Positions 46,178 to 56,421 of a DNA stretch of 64,000 bases are shown in pieces. The number at the start of each line of letters is the position of its first letter. The first letter of the stretch is position 1. Source of the stretch: Chitinophagaceae bacterium (GTDB lineage Bacteria > Bacteroidota > Bacteroidia > Chitinophagales > Chitinophagaceae); assembly GCA_013696395.1 (NCBI GenBank), contig JACCYQ010000044.1, positions 620 to 64,619 on the forward strand. Reading direction: 5' to 3'. The notes under the pieces are model-generated. The model did no database searches and had not been told where the DNA came from. It worked only from the letters and a program-made list of their open reading frames with translations. The position numbers and the translations under genes are program-made.

Positions 46178-48787
46178 TTACCTGACAAGTGTTAACAAAC
46201 CTTTTTGAAAATATGGCCGGTCAAGATAATCCAGTGCTTTAACGATCCAGACATAGCTATTAGTGCCTTGTGTGCGCCCACCAATCGTACCATCCCAGCC
46301 TCGAAGCATGGTATTAGTACTGAACACCAATTGTCCATATCGATTATAAATCCTAAAATATTCTATGCTTTTTATACCTGCAGTTATAGGTCTTAAAACA
46401 TCATTTAAACCATCCCCGTTTGGCGTAAAAGCAGTTGGAACAAAAACGGTTGGTTCTGTTTTAAAGATTTTGACATTTACATATGCAGAATCAACACATC
46501 CTTCATTAGTACCGACAATAACCATATATCTAAAAAAGTCAATCTCCGATGGAAAGATTGCTATTGGATTTTCAATCGTATGGGAATTTAAATAACTGGG
46601 TGGGTGCCATGTATATTGAGAACCTCCGTGTGCCAGGAGCTGCAATGGTTGGCCTGCAATAACAGATGTGTCATTACCCGCAAAAGCATTTATTTCGGGT
46701 AAGACGGTTACTAAAACAGTATCTCTGCCTTCTTTGGGACAACCGCGTGTATCTGTCACCGTTAAAACATATTCAGTAGTTTGCACAGGGAAAGCCACAG
46801 GATTTAAACTTCCAGTATTTGCCAGGCTTATACTGGGTGTCCAGGTAAAAGATGATCCAATAATACTGCCTTGTAAAATAGCCGGAGTTCTATAACAAAT
46901 AGAAGTGTCCCTACCGGCATCTGCTCCAGGATAAGGAATGGTTGTTACAGTCATTTGGCCGGTTGTATTGCAATTGCCAATGAAAGAAGTTAACTGATAA
47001 CTGGTTGTGGAAATTGGGGAAGCACTGGTATTTAATATAGAAAAATCAGTTACTGAATTGGCTGGTTCCCAAACATAACGCAACCCATCGGTCTTAGCCC
47101 CGAGAGACACAAAATCTGTAAGGCAGATGGTTGTATCATTATTCATGATTAAAGTAACATTATCTACTACCCGCACTAAAACTGAATCTCTGTTACGACA
47201 ACCAGTATCATCCAAATCAACATAATAAGTAGTAGTTAATGCTGGATTTACGAAAGGCGAGGCTGTATTGAGTTGGGTAATTCCAATACCAGGTGTCCAC
47301 GAAAAGCTACCATTACCCGAGGCTTGTAGTTGTAAGGTATCAATGCTGCAAATTAAAGTATCCCGAAAAGCAAGGTCAATCTGGGGTTTGTCGATAATGG
47401 ATAAGGTATTTTTTACAGTGTCTTTGCAGCCTTTTGTATTGGTAACAATAAACTGCAACTGCTTATTACCGTTCAATGCGTATGTATAATCGGGATTTTG
47501 TTGCCTGGAGGTATCCGTAATAGTGCCTTCTTCGCCAAAATTCCAGTACCAGCTATTTACAGTACCATAGGTTGTTTTTGTTGTATCCGTAAAAGTTACA
47601 GGTAAACCAGTGCAAATACCTTTGGATATAAACCCAGGGAAAAATCCAGGGTAAACATGTACGTTAGTTACAGCACTGTCAGTACAAGCCTGCCCCCGGT
47701 TTACCACTAATTTTACCTTATATATGCCTGTATCCGGGAATGTAAAGTCTGGTCTGGGTAAAACTGACGTATCATCACTTCGACCGGAGACTCCAAAATC
47801 CCAGTAAAATGAATTATTTTGAGTAGATGAATTCAGGTTGTAAAAATTCCTTGAATAATCTTTACAGGAAAAATAATCAGGTTCCAGAGTTGCCCCGGCA
47901 AAATCACAATCTGCTACATTTACGATAAAATCTTTTCGGTGAGTACCTATTAAAACTCCATTGCGGAATTCACTTACACATACACTTACAACATATTTTC
48001 CTATTGCAGGTCCAATACCACTAATGATACCATTCGAACTATTAATGGTTGCTTGTCCACCTAATGGGGTAAATGATGAATATCCATTGATATAAGGTAC
48101 GGGATTAAACGGGGGCGGAGAAGGATTAATATTGTTGGCATTAATTGCAATACCACCTGCAAAGGCTTCGCAAAAAGAATATACCAACTGGTCGCCGTCG
48201 GGATCGGTGGCATTAAAGGAAAGTGTAAATTCCTTATCATAACAAATTAAAGAAATACCCATATCAAACCTGGGACTGCTGTTTTTATTCCCACTAATAC
48301 TGTTCATTCCTGGAATTTCTACCATATATGTGGCGCCAGTTCCGTTTCCAAATGAAGTATTGAAAACATTTTGTAGAGGGTTTACCCTGCAACAGGTTTG
48401 GAAAACGGCAGTGTAACCCAGGCTATTATTGAGCAGTTCAACTTCAAAAGTGAATAACGCAACATTATAACTTAAAATGGGAGGGTTTTGAACACAAGGA
48501 GGGTAAGTAGTAACAGGAACTTCAAACTGGATAGTTTGGGGTACATTGTGAAAGCTGATGGTATTACCTCCGGAAAATATACCTATTGATACCTGATTTG
48601 GCATACCTGCACAATTGGAACAAACATTATCCCTGAAAAGTCTTAATGTAATTTTGAATTTAGAAGAATTTGCATTTGTTCCGGGACCAACATAATCATA
48701 AATCATTTCACCACCGGTAATATGCGCGGCACTAGCAGATAAGCAAAAAGCCATCAAAATGGAAAGTGCCAGCAATTTTAATTTCAT
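46178..48787 (-). CDS. T9SS type-B C-terminal-domain cargo protein with PKD domains (paralog B)
   Basis: The architecture is the same as paralog A (HITGGEMIY...CCR; VPTAFTPNGDGLNDVLRP...GWDG). The start is ATG 48787 (MKLKLLALSILMAFCLSASA) or ATG 48799. The ORF-track start 48814 is a TTG. Confidence 0.85.
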   Translation of the reverse strand: MKLKLLALSILMAFCLSASAAHITGGEMIYDYVGPGTNANSSKFKITLRLFRDNVCSNCAGMPNQVSIGIFSGGNTISFHNVPQTIQFEVPVTTYPPCVQNPPILSYNVALFTFEVELLNNSLGYTAVFQTCCRVNPLQNVFNTSFGNGTGATYMVEIPGMNSISGNKNSSPRFDMGISLICYDKEFTLSFNATDPDGDQLVYSFCEAFAGGIAINANNINPSPPPFNPVPYINGYSSFTPLGGQATINSSNGIISGIGPAIGKYVVSVCVSEFRNGVLIGTHRKDFIVNVADCDFAGATLEPDYFSCKDYSRNFYNLNSSTQNNSFYWDFGVSGRSDDTSVLPRPDFTFPDTGIYKVKLVVNRGQACTDSAVTNVHVYPGFFPGFISKGICTGLPVTFTDTTKTTYGTVNSWYWNFGEEGTITDTSRQQNPDYTYALNGNKQLQFIVTNTKGCKDTVKNTLSIIDKPQIDLAFRDTLICSIDTLQLQASGNGSFSWTPGIGITQLNTASPFVNPALTTTYYVDLDDTGCRNRDSVLVRVVDNVTLIMNNDTTICLTDFVSLGAKTDGLRYVWEPANSVTDFSILNTSASPISTTSYQLTSFIGNCNTTGQMTVTTIPYPGADAGRDTSICYRTPAILQGSIIGSSFTWTPSISLANTGSLNPVAFPVQTTEYVLTVTDTRGCPKEGRDTVLVTVLPEINAFAGNDTSVIAGQPLQLLAHGGSQYTWHPPSYLNSHTIENPIAIFPSEIDFFRYMVIVGTNEGCVDSAYVNVKIFKTEPTVFVPTAFTPNGDGLNDVLRPITAGIKSIEYFRIYNRYGQLVFSTNTMLRGWDGTIGGRTQGTNSYVWIVKALDYLDRPYFQKGLLTLVR

Positions 48788-48807
48788 ACCATTCCCCATG
48801 TTAGTGG

Positions 48808-49611
48808 TCAACAATCATTCAGAAAGCGGGCTAAAGCAATATTGCTCTCAATAGGATCTTCCAACATACCCATATGACCTGAATTTTTCAATATTGTAAT
48901 GTACGATTTACCCGGCAAAATTGATTGTTCCAGGCTGTCTGAAAGAGGTACGGCCTGGTCATTTTCACTAAAGATAGAAAGTACCGGAAGTTTAATGTTT
49001 TCCAGAATATTTCTTCTGTCGGGTCGGTTGATCATTGATTCATAATATGTAACGAGCGTTGAAGCTGAAAAGTTGCCTGAATTTTCAATAAGCTGCTCAA
49101 TCAATTCTGGTTGCGATTCTTTAGTAGTTAAAGAAAATAAATTAGGTAAGGTTGTTCTCAAAAATGATGATGCTCCATGAGTCTCAATAAATTCTATGCC
49201 TTTTTTGCGTGTAATAATCTTTTCTTTAGAATCTGCATAGGATGTGGAATGAAAAAGGCCCAATCCTGAAGGCGCATCGGGATATTTTTCTGCAAAGGCC
49301 AAAGCAATATAACCACCCATGCTATGTCCTATTATGATTATTTTTTCGTTGGGAGTCTGAATGGCATCATCTGCAATATTTTTTACAATGTCTGCCATTC
49401 CTTCAATACTCATATCATTTACTAATTCAGATGTACCACTGCCAGGTAAGTCGGGTATAATTAGTTGATATTGGTTTTTAAAATGAGCAATCTGGTTTTG
49501 CCAAATAGAATGATCTTCTCCAAAACCATGGATAAAGACCACTGGTTTACCCGATCCATACAAATAGTATATTATTTTTTTCCCTTTGATTTCAATTTGA
49601 TGGGATGCCAT
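48808..49611 (-). CDS. alpha/beta-fold hydrolase
   Basis: HGFGED (oxyanion region) and the nucleophile elbow GHSMGG are present. Length is 267 aa. Confidence 0.85.
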   Translation of the reverse strand: MASHQIEIKGKKIIYYLYGSGKPVVFIHGFGEDHSIWQNQIAHFKNQYQLIIPDLPGSGTSELVNDMSIEGMADIVKNIADDAIQTPNEKIIIIGHSMGGYIALAFAEKYPDAPSGLGLFHSTSYADSKEKIITRKKGIEFIETHGASSFLRTTLPNLFSLTTKESQPELIEQLIENSGNFSASTLVTYYESMINRPDRRNILENIKLPVLSIFSENDQAVPLSDSLEQSILPGKSYITILKNSGHMGMLEDPIESNIALARFLNDC

Positions 49612-50767
49612 AGAAATTTTTTTTGCTGATAAACCACGATCGGATTAAAATTATACCTGCAATGGGTAAAAAAGCAATATTTAACTGTTGGGGAAGATAT
49701 GCCCATGACACCAATAACAATACAATTGATAAGAAGATGAACAGGTAATAATATTGTACCCATTTATTTTTTTTAAGAATATAAAATGCCATTACAGTAT
49801 GTAAGGGAAAAGCCCACCAAAGATTGAAATTGTTTTTAGTTGTCAGGTGTTCTGTCCCGATCCACATAAAAATGAGAAATGAACCTATCAAACCGCAAAT
49901 GAAGAAAAATAAAAAATCGAAAATGGTCAATGCCAACTGAATATTTTTATTTTTCGCTAAAGACGCAACGAAGACAAGTATTATAAGTATTGAAAAAACT
50001 ACCAGTGGAGTAAAAAAAGGTTTATTATCATTATTAATTTGCGAAGCTAATAATTCATTTTTTTGCTGAACAAGCGGACGACCGTTTTTTTGTGCACTGT
50101 CGAAAGCTTTTAAGAGATACTCCGGTAAGAACATTGTTTCCTTATTGGTTATTTGTTTATCCAATGGTGTTCCCAAAACCAAATCAATTCCGAACTTGCT
50201 CCAGTATTGATTTCCTCTGTCAAGATATTTATGAATTAAATTTCGGAAGCTTACATTTTCATATGGTTTGATATTTTTAATATTTAAATTCCCATTATTT
50301 TCATTTTCGACAATATCCCGCAATCGGGTAGTGCAGTTGTCGTAAACAAAATCATACTTATAATATTTGTTTTCTTCTTTTGCATTTTCAATCAATGCAT
50401 AATAAAGTTGATTTTTTTCACTGCAAGAAAGATCAAGCACTTGTTCTGTTATACCTCTCTTTTCATATTGATACTGGTACATGAAATTTTCAAAATCATC
50501 TACTGAAACAAAATATAAAAGTTTGCCTTTTACAAATTTGTAATAAAAATCAGGGTCATTAAAATCAAAGGTTCCGTAATTAAAAATAATATCAGTGCCC
50601 TGTACGGAGTCAGTAACTCTTAATGCGCTATGGCCAAAGGTGGAGTATAATTCTTCACCTGGTGTAGCTGTCAGTAAACTGATTTGTAATCCGCAACTGG
50701 TTTGTTGCGAAAAGGAAGTGGCTATACAAAAGAAAAAAATCAAAAAAAGAAAATGGAACTTTTTCAA
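49592..50767 (-). CDS. DUF4105 (Lnb N-terminal periplasmic domain) membrane protein
   Basis: ISLLTATPGEELYSTFGHSALRV....IIFNYGTFDF is the family core, and the C-terminal half has several TM helices. The start is probably TTG 50767, giving (M)KKFHFLFLIFFFCIATSFSQQ, because GTG 50818 lies inside the guaB terminator stem. Confidence 0.7.
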   Translation of the reverse strand: MKKFHFLFLIFFFCIATSFSQQTSCGLQISLLTATPGEELYSTFGHSALRVTDSVQGTDIIFNYGTFDFNDPDFYYKFVKGKLLYFVSVDDFENFMYQYQYEKRGITEQVLDLSCSEKNQLYYALIENAKEENKYYKYDFVYDNCTTRLRDIVENENNGNLNIKNIKPYENVSFRNLIHKYLDRGNQYWSKFGIDLVLGTPLDKQITNKETMFLPEYLLKAFDSAQKNGRPLVQQKNELLASQINNDNKPFFTPLVVFSILIILVFVASLAKNKNIQLALTIFDFLFFFICGLIGSFLIFMWIGTEHLTTKNNFNLWWAFPLHTVMAFYILKKNKWVQYYYLFIFLSIVLLLVSWAYLPQQLNIAFLPIAGIILIRSWFISKKNFYGIPSN

Positions 50768-50810
50768 AAAAATAATTTTTAAAACAGGAAAATATTGAAT
50801 AGAAAAATTT

Positions 50811-50840
50811 AAAGCCACCGTTATATCGTCTGGTGGCTTT
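50811..50840 (-). terminator. rho-independent terminator after guaB
   Basis: AAAGCCACC (50811-50819) pairs with GGTGGCTTT (50832-50840). The minus strand continues AAATTTTTCT. Confidence 0.75.
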
Positions 50841-50879
50841 AAAGTTATTTAGATTATCCTTAAAAAATATTGAACATTA

Positions 50880-52403
50880 TTATTTGCGACTATAATTAGG
50901 AGCCTCTTTGGTAATTTCAATATCATGTGCATGACTTTCACGCATCCCTGCATTAGTGATTTTCACAAAACTGGCATTTTTTAATTCTTCAATATTACCG
51001 GCTCCGCAATAACCCATACCTGCACGTAATCCACCCACATATTGAAATACTACTTCTCTTAAAAATCCTTTAAAGGCCACCCGGCCTTCAATGCCTTCGG
51101 GAACAAATTTTTTAATGTCATCTTCAACATCCTGGAAATAACGATCACTACTGCCAGTTGCCATGGCACCTAAAGATCCCATTCCACGGTATTGTTTAAA
51201 TTTCCTTCCTTCATATATTATAGTTTCACCGGGGCTTTCCTCTGTTCCGGCAAAAATACTTCCCATCATTACACAATCTGCCCCTGCAGCTAAAGCTTTT
51301 ACCATATCACCAGTGTAACGGATACCACCATCCGCAATTAATGGAATATTTCGTTGCTTCAATACCGTGTGCGATTCCATTATGGCCGTAAGTTGTGGTA
51401 CGCCGGCACCGGCCACAATGCGTGTTGTGCAAATTGAGCCGGGTCCAATACCAACCTTAATTGCATCTGCACCTGCATCAGCCAAAGCTGTTGCGCCAGC
51501 TGCTGTTCCCACATTTCCTGCTATAACTGGGATGTTCTTAAAATTCTTTTTTACTTGTTTTAGCGCATGGATTACGCCCTTAGAATGTCCATGTGCACTA
51601 TCAAGGCAAATTACATCCACACCAACAGTTTGTAATGCATATACCCGATCAAGAAAATCCTGCGTAATTCCTATTCCTGCACCAACCCGTAATCTCCCAA
51701 ATTCGTCCTTTACAGCATGTGGAAAACTTAATAGTTGGAGAATGTCCCGGTATGTAATCAGGCCAACCAATTTACCTGCTTTATTTACGACAGGCAATTT
51801 CTCAATTTTATATTTTTGTAAAATTTTTTCAGCTTTTTTCAGATCAGTACCTTCGGGCGCAGTGATCAGATTTTCTTTGGTCATTACTTCACTTACCTTT
51901 TTCTTAGGATTATTTTCAAAGCGAAGATCTCTGTTAGTAAGTATCCCGGCCAATTTACCATCTTTATCAAGAATAGGAATGCCACCGATCCTGTTTTCAC
52001 GCATTAGTTTCAAAGCATCTCCAATAGTTGCATCAGCTTTCAAAGTAACCGGATCAGTTATTAACCCGCTTTCACTTCTTTTTACCTTACGAACCTGCTC
52101 TGCCTGGCCTTCTATGCTCATGTTTTTGTGTAAGATTCCAAGACCGCCTTCCCTTGCCAGCGCCATAGCCAGACCTGATTCAGTAACCGTGTCCATAGCC
52201 GCTGATAACATAGGAACATTAAGGGTTATACTTTTTGTCAGCTTTGTTTTGATTTCAACATCACGGGGTAAAACCTGCGAGAAATTGGGCATTAAAAGCA
52301 CATCATCGAATGTTAAACCTTCACCGAAAAATTTAGAGGATTTATTTTTTGAAGCTGCGGGCCGTACTGAAGTTCGGGAACCGGGATTATTTATTGTTGC
52401 CAT
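50880..52403 (-). CDS. guaB: IMP dehydrogenase
   Basis: [11 protein letters not shown], a CBS pair and the catalytic loop [11 protein letters not shown] are present. I moved the start to ATG 52403 because the ORF-track TTG 52409 lies in a promoter box. Confidence 0.95.
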   Translation of the reverse strand: MATINNPGSRTSVRPAASKNKSSKFFGEGLTFDDVLLMPNFSQVLPRDVEIKTKLTKSITLNVPMLSAAMDTVTESGLAMALAREGGLGILHKNMSIEGQAEQVRKVKRSESGLITDPVTLKADATIGDALKLMRENRIGGIPILDKDGKLAGILTNRDLRFENNPKKKVSEVMTKENLITAPEGTDLKKAEKILQKYKIEKLPVVNKAGKLVGLITYRDILQLLSFPHAVKDEFGRLRVGAGIGITQDFLDRVYALQTVGVDVICLDSAHGHSKGVIHALKQVKKNFKNIPVIAGNVGTAAGATALADAGADAIKVGIGPGSICTTRIVAGAGVPQLTAIMESHTVLKQRNIPLIADGGIRYTGDMVKALAAGADCVMMGSIFAGTEESPGETIIYEGRKFKQYRGMGSLGAMATGSSDRYFQDVEDDIKKFVPEGIEGRVAFKGFLREVVFQYVGGLRAGMGYCGAGNIEELKNASFVKITNAGMRESHAHDIEITKEAPNYSRK

Positions 52404-52406
52404 GTG

Positions 52407-52414
52407 CAAAGATA
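52407..52414 (-). promoter_or_regulatory. candidate -7 box (TAtcTTTG) for guaB
   Basis: The minus strand reads CTTTTGGCTCATATTTAGTTGGGCGGC-TATCTTTG-CAC-ATG. A -33 TTTG lies 21 nt upstream, and the box ends 3 nt before the ATG. Confidence 0.45.
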
Positions 52415-52505
52415 GCCGCCCAACTAAATATGAGCCAAAAGTAATTTTAATAAGCTTGTTAAAACTATTTATATACCTGTAACTGAGGTATGGTTAACAT
52501 TATAA

Positions 52506-53612
52506 CTAGTCATACAAAGCATACATTTTCCCGGGAAGAGATTTTATTACATTTTGAAATTCAAGATTTAATATAGCCGCTGCAACTGAACTGCTATGGA
52601 TGCCGCTTTTGATATTTATTTCGTCAATGTGTACATTATCTTTTTCGTTTAAAATATTAATAATTATTTTTTCTTCAGTGGTTAAATTCAGAAATAATTC
52701 TCTTTGCTTTTTTATTTTGATTTTCTTTTTTTCTTCCCAACCCATTAATTCAATCAATTGTTGCGCATGGGTTAACAAGATGGCCTTATTATTTGCAATC
52801 AGGTAATTGGTACCAGCACTGTAAGCATCTGTTACCCGACCGGGAACAGCAAAAACATCCCGATTATATCCATTAGCCATTTCAGCAGTGATCATACTGC
52901 CCCCTTTTACACTAGTTTCTATAATAACTGTGGCGTCAGCGAGTCCGGCTACAATTCGATTGCGAATAGGAAAGTGGTGTTTATCTGGTTTTGTTTTACT
53001 GGTAAATTGAGTAAGGATTCCGCCATTTTGATTTACCATTTCTTTCGCCAGGTTTTTATTTTCATACGGATAAATGATATCAAGTCCGTGACCTACCACG
53101 CCAATTGTTGGTAATTCATTTTTGATCGCAGATTTATGCGCAATGGTATCTATACCGTAGGCCAAACCACTTACTATTAATATTTGAATTTCACTTAATT
53201 CATGTATCAGGTTCTCGGTAAATTGTTTTCCATAGGATGTATAACTTCGCGTTCCTACAACAGAAACTATTTTAGAAGCATTAAGATCAGCACTCCCTTT
53301 ATAATATAAAAGAGTTGGAGGGTCATAACAATTCAAAAGTCTTTGCGGGTATTTTTTATCGGTAATAAAGAGTGGCGATATCTGGTATTTTTCAATAAAA
53401 ATAATTTCTTCTTCTGCCCGTGTATAATCCTTAAAATGTTTGATTGATTTGGCTCTTACAGTTCCAATTCCTTCAATTTTTTCAAGATCGCTCATTCTGG
53501 CTCCAAAAATGGCGGCTGCATTTTCATAATGGTCTAATAAAATTTTTGCCTGAACAGCACCGATATTTTTAATGAGAGTGAGTGCTATTTGGTGCAGTAG
53601 GTCGGCGTTCAT
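52506..53612 (-). CDS. dprA: DNA-processing protein DprA
   Basis: The Rossmann-like core has SGLAYGIDTIAHKSA and GGSMITA. Length is 368 aa. Confidence 0.9.
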   Translation of the reverse strand: MNADLLHQIALTLIKNIGAVQAKILLDHYENAAAIFGARMSDLEKIEGIGTVRAKSIKHFKDYTRAEEEIIFIEKYQISPLFITDKKYPQRLLNCYDPPTLLYYKGSADLNASKIVSVVGTRSYTSYGKQFTENLIHELSEIQILIVSGLAYGIDTIAHKSAIKNELPTIGVVGHGLDIIYPYENKNLAKEMVNQNGGILTQFTSKTKPDKHHFPIRNRIVAGLADATVIIETSVKGGSMITAEMANGYNRDVFAVPGRVTDAYSAGTNYLIANNKAILLTHAQQLIELMGWEEKKKIKIKKQRELFLNLTTEEKIIINILNEKDNVHIDEINIKSGIHSSSVAAAILNLEFQNVIKSLPGKMYALYD

Positions 53613-53732
53613 TGACTATAAGGAATGAAAATTTGCTGGTTTATTAACCTTTACAATTTAATCAATTCTATTAGTTTCAATAAAATCTATGAAGAAAATT
53701 TTGAGAGCTTTATTTTAATACCTGTAATAAAA

Positions 53733-55649
53733 TTATTTACTGATCACTTTCATCTCGGTACGCCGATTCCTGGACCGACCCTCTTCTGATATATTATCGG
53801 CCTTGGGTTGAGTTTCTCCAAAACCTTTATAGCTTAGTCTTACGGCTGCAATACCTTTCGACACCAGGTAATTGACTACTGACTTTGCGCGATTATTGCT
53901 AAGCGTTAGATTATCAGTCGGTTTACCAATATTATCAGTATGACCACTTATTTCAATTTTAAGAGAAGGATTTTCATTTAATAATTCAGCCAGTTTATCC
54001 AGTTCAACCTGGGAGGTTTCTTTCAACTCATATTTGTTTACATCAAAAAATATATTGCTTAATACAATACTGGCATTGGCTTCGAGTGGCTGTAAAGGAA
54101 TATCTTTTTTAAAGATAGAATCGGCTATATTTTCAACCAATAAAAAATTATCTGAATAAAATAAATATCCTTTCCGGGTTACATTGAAAGCATAATTTTT
54201 GCCGATTGGCAAGGTTACCAGGTAATTTCCTTCTTCATCTGTTTGTATTTTAGAAACAGTTTGTTTTGATGAAAGATCAATGAGTTCCACTGCAGATGGT
54301 AAACCTTTGGTTGTTTGTTTATCAAATACTTTTCCTGAAACCCAAAGTGTTTTACGGGGACGAATATCATCTCTCATCGTAAAGGTATAAATATCCAATC
54401 CGCCATAGGTGTCGCTCCGATCGCTTGCGTAATAAGCGGTACTTCCATCGGATGTTATAAACAAAGTGCCTTCGGTATTTATGGTATTTATAGGATAACC
54501 GAGGTTTTCCGGGTTACTCCACACACCATTAGGGCCTTTGCGTATCAAAAAAATGTCCTGGTCTCCATATCCTGGAAGTCCATTACTGGTAAAATACAAT
54601 GTTTCATTATCGGCATGAATAAAGGGACTGGATTCATCACCTTTCGTATTAATTTCCGGACCAAGATTCTCTGCTTCACCCCATCGGCCATTTGGCTGCA
54701 TCTTGCTTACATAAATATCACTGCCGCCATAACCACCCATGCGGCGACTGGCAAAATATAATTCTCTTTTATCTGGTGAAAGACTTGGTTGTGAATCCCA
54801 GTCTTCAGAATTTATATGACCACCAAGGTTTATAGCCTCACTCCATCCATTGGTTGTACGGTAAGAAATATAAATATCACAACTGCCCAAACCATCCCTT
54901 CTGTTACAACCTGTAAATACAAGCCATTGCCCATCCTGTGATATCATTTGGGCTCCTTCATTCTGATCTGTATTGATATTACCTGGTAATGGAGCGGAAG
55001 TTTGCCAGCTGGTATCATTTCTACGACTTGAATAAAAGTCTTCATTAAAATTATTTACCCGGCGGGTGAACACCAATTCCGATCCATCTATGGTGAGTGA
55101 TGGAAAGTATTCGGATTCCTTTGAGTTAATTCCTGGCCCTGCATTTACCGGTGAAAATGCATATTGCTTATTAGCATTTTTTTTCTCAAAGGTCACTGCA
55201 AATTCGTATGTTTTTTTACGGTAATCGGCAGCTTTTAGGGTATTAGGATTTTTAATGATTGTATCCTTTAGCAGTTCATTTATAGTACTTAATGCGTCTG
55301 AAAAACGGCCTAATCCCGCCAGGTTAATGCTATAGGGCAATTTGTATTCACTGGTATAATTCGGATCTATGGAAAAAGCTTTTTCATAAAATTCAACGCT
55401 ATTGCCATAATTTTTCATCTGGCCATAAACACCGGCAAGTGATAGATAGGCTTCTACATACCTTGTATCTGCTTCAATGGATTTGTGTAATGCCTCGATA
55501 GATTGAGGATAATTGCCTTCTTCTGCTTTTTCAATGGCCAATGCATAAAATTGCAAAGCCTTTTTATCTATTTTGGATGGATCATATGCCTGCGCATATG
55601 AAAAGGTATAACTGGCTATTAGAAAAAATAGGATAAACAGATTTTTCAT
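53733..55649 (-). CDS. OmpA-family protein with N-terminal TPR, PD40/TolB-like beta-propeller repeats and a CarboxypepD_reg-like domain
   Basis: It has a signal peptide, TPR-like repeats and repeated SE..P.LS.DG..L.F.S motifs. The C-terminal OmpA domain reads GHTDNIG...NRAKSV...NRRTE. Confidence 0.85.
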   Translation of the reverse strand: MKNLFILFFLIASYTFSYAQAYDPSKIDKKALQFYALAIEKAEEGNYPQSIEALHKSIEADTRYVEAYLSLAGVYGQMKNYGNSVEFYEKAFSIDPNYTSEYKLPYSINLAGLGRFSDALSTINELLKDTIIKNPNTLKAADYRKKTYEFAVTFEKKNANKQYAFSPVNAGPGINSKESEYFPSLTIDGSELVFTRRVNNFNEDFYSSRRNDTSWQTSAPLPGNINTDQNEGAQMISQDGQWLVFTGCNRRDGLGSCDIYISYRTTNGWSEAINLGGHINSEDWDSQPSLSPDKRELYFASRRMGGYGGSDIYVSKMQPNGRWGEAENLGPEINTKGDESSPFIHADNETLYFTSNGLPGYGDQDIFLIRKGPNGVWSNPENLGYPINTINTEGTLFITSDGSTAYYASDRSDTYGGLDIYTFTMRDDIRPRKTLWVSGKVFDKQTTKGLPSAVELIDLSSKQTVSKIQTDEEGNYLVTLPIGKNYAFNVTRKGYLFYSDNFLLVENIADSIFKKDIPLQPLEANASIVLSNIFFDVNKYELKETSQVELDKLAELLNENPSLKIEISGHTDNIGKPTDNLTLSNNRAKSVVNYLVSKGIAAVRLSYKGFGETQPKADNISEEGRSRNRRTEMKVISK

Positions 55650-55764
55650 TGGTGTTACACTTCGTTGAATGATAACGAAACTATCAATTTTTTATTCCGC
55701 ATTTCTCAATTATATGTTAATAGCTGCATGTATTGAGATATAATAACCCCGCATTATTTAAATA

Positions 55765-56421
55765 TTATGGAACATTAATGTATTTATGGATCTGTAAGGA
55801 CAATTCCCATTTTGGGTTTGATTTTATGAAATCAACGATGAAGGGATTCATGACATTTGCTTTACTCCATTCGGGTTGAAGATAAAGTTTACAGTTATGG
55901 GAAACCTGTGCTGCATATTTTTCGGCCCATTCAAAATCGGAATGGTTATAAATTATAACCTTCAATTCATTGGCCTTTGCTAATACAGATGAGAGGGGAG
56001 GTTTAAATTTTTTGGGTGAAACGCATATCCAATCCCAATATCCGCTAAGTGGATAGGCACCAGAGGTTTCTATATGTGTTAGAATATTATTGTTTTTTAA
56101 TAACCGGGTTAATTCATCCAGGTTATAAATAAGGGGTTCACCACCAGTAATCACCGCATTTTTGGCTGGAGTGATGAGTATAAGATCAATAATTTCTTCT
56201 ATGGACCTAAGGGGGTGATCTTCGGCATGCCAGCTTTCTTTTACATCACACCAAACACAACCTACATCACAACCAGCCAACCTGATAAAATAAGCAGCTT
56301 TTCCCTGGTGAAAACCTTCTCCCTGTATTGTATAAAAGGCTTCCATCAGCGGGAGCTTACCTGTCGAAACCGCTGGAAAGGCATTCACCTCATTTTTCAT
56401 ATCGATTACAAAATTATTCAT
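55765..56421 (-). CDS. queE: 7-carboxy-7-deazaguanine synthase (radical SAM)
   Basis: TIQGEG and the cluster motif CDVGCVWCD (C-x3-C-x2-C) are present. ATG 56400 is an alternative start. The gene overlaps the folD stop by 8 nt. Confidence 0.85.
   Translation of the reverse strand: MNNFVIDMKNEVNAFPAVSTGKLPLMEAFYTIQGEGFHQGKAAYFIRLAGCDVGCVWCDVKESWHAEDHPLRSIEEIIDLILITPAKNAVITGGEPLIYNLDELTRLLKNNNILTHIETSGAYPLSGYWDWICVSPKKFKPPLSSVLAKANELKVIIYNHSDFEWAEKYAAQVSHNCKLYLQPEWSKANVMNPFIVDFIKSNPKWELSLQIHKYINVP

Noticed and set aside
51367-52482. A 371-codon ORF lies antisense to almost the whole of guaB.
   Set aside because: It exactly shadows a highly conserved gene, as is often seen opposite strongly codon-biased genes. 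Its product is low-complexity (rich in S, P, A, L and I) with no recognisable motif, and it runs through the guaB promoter region. Only Ribo-seq or proteomics could revive it.
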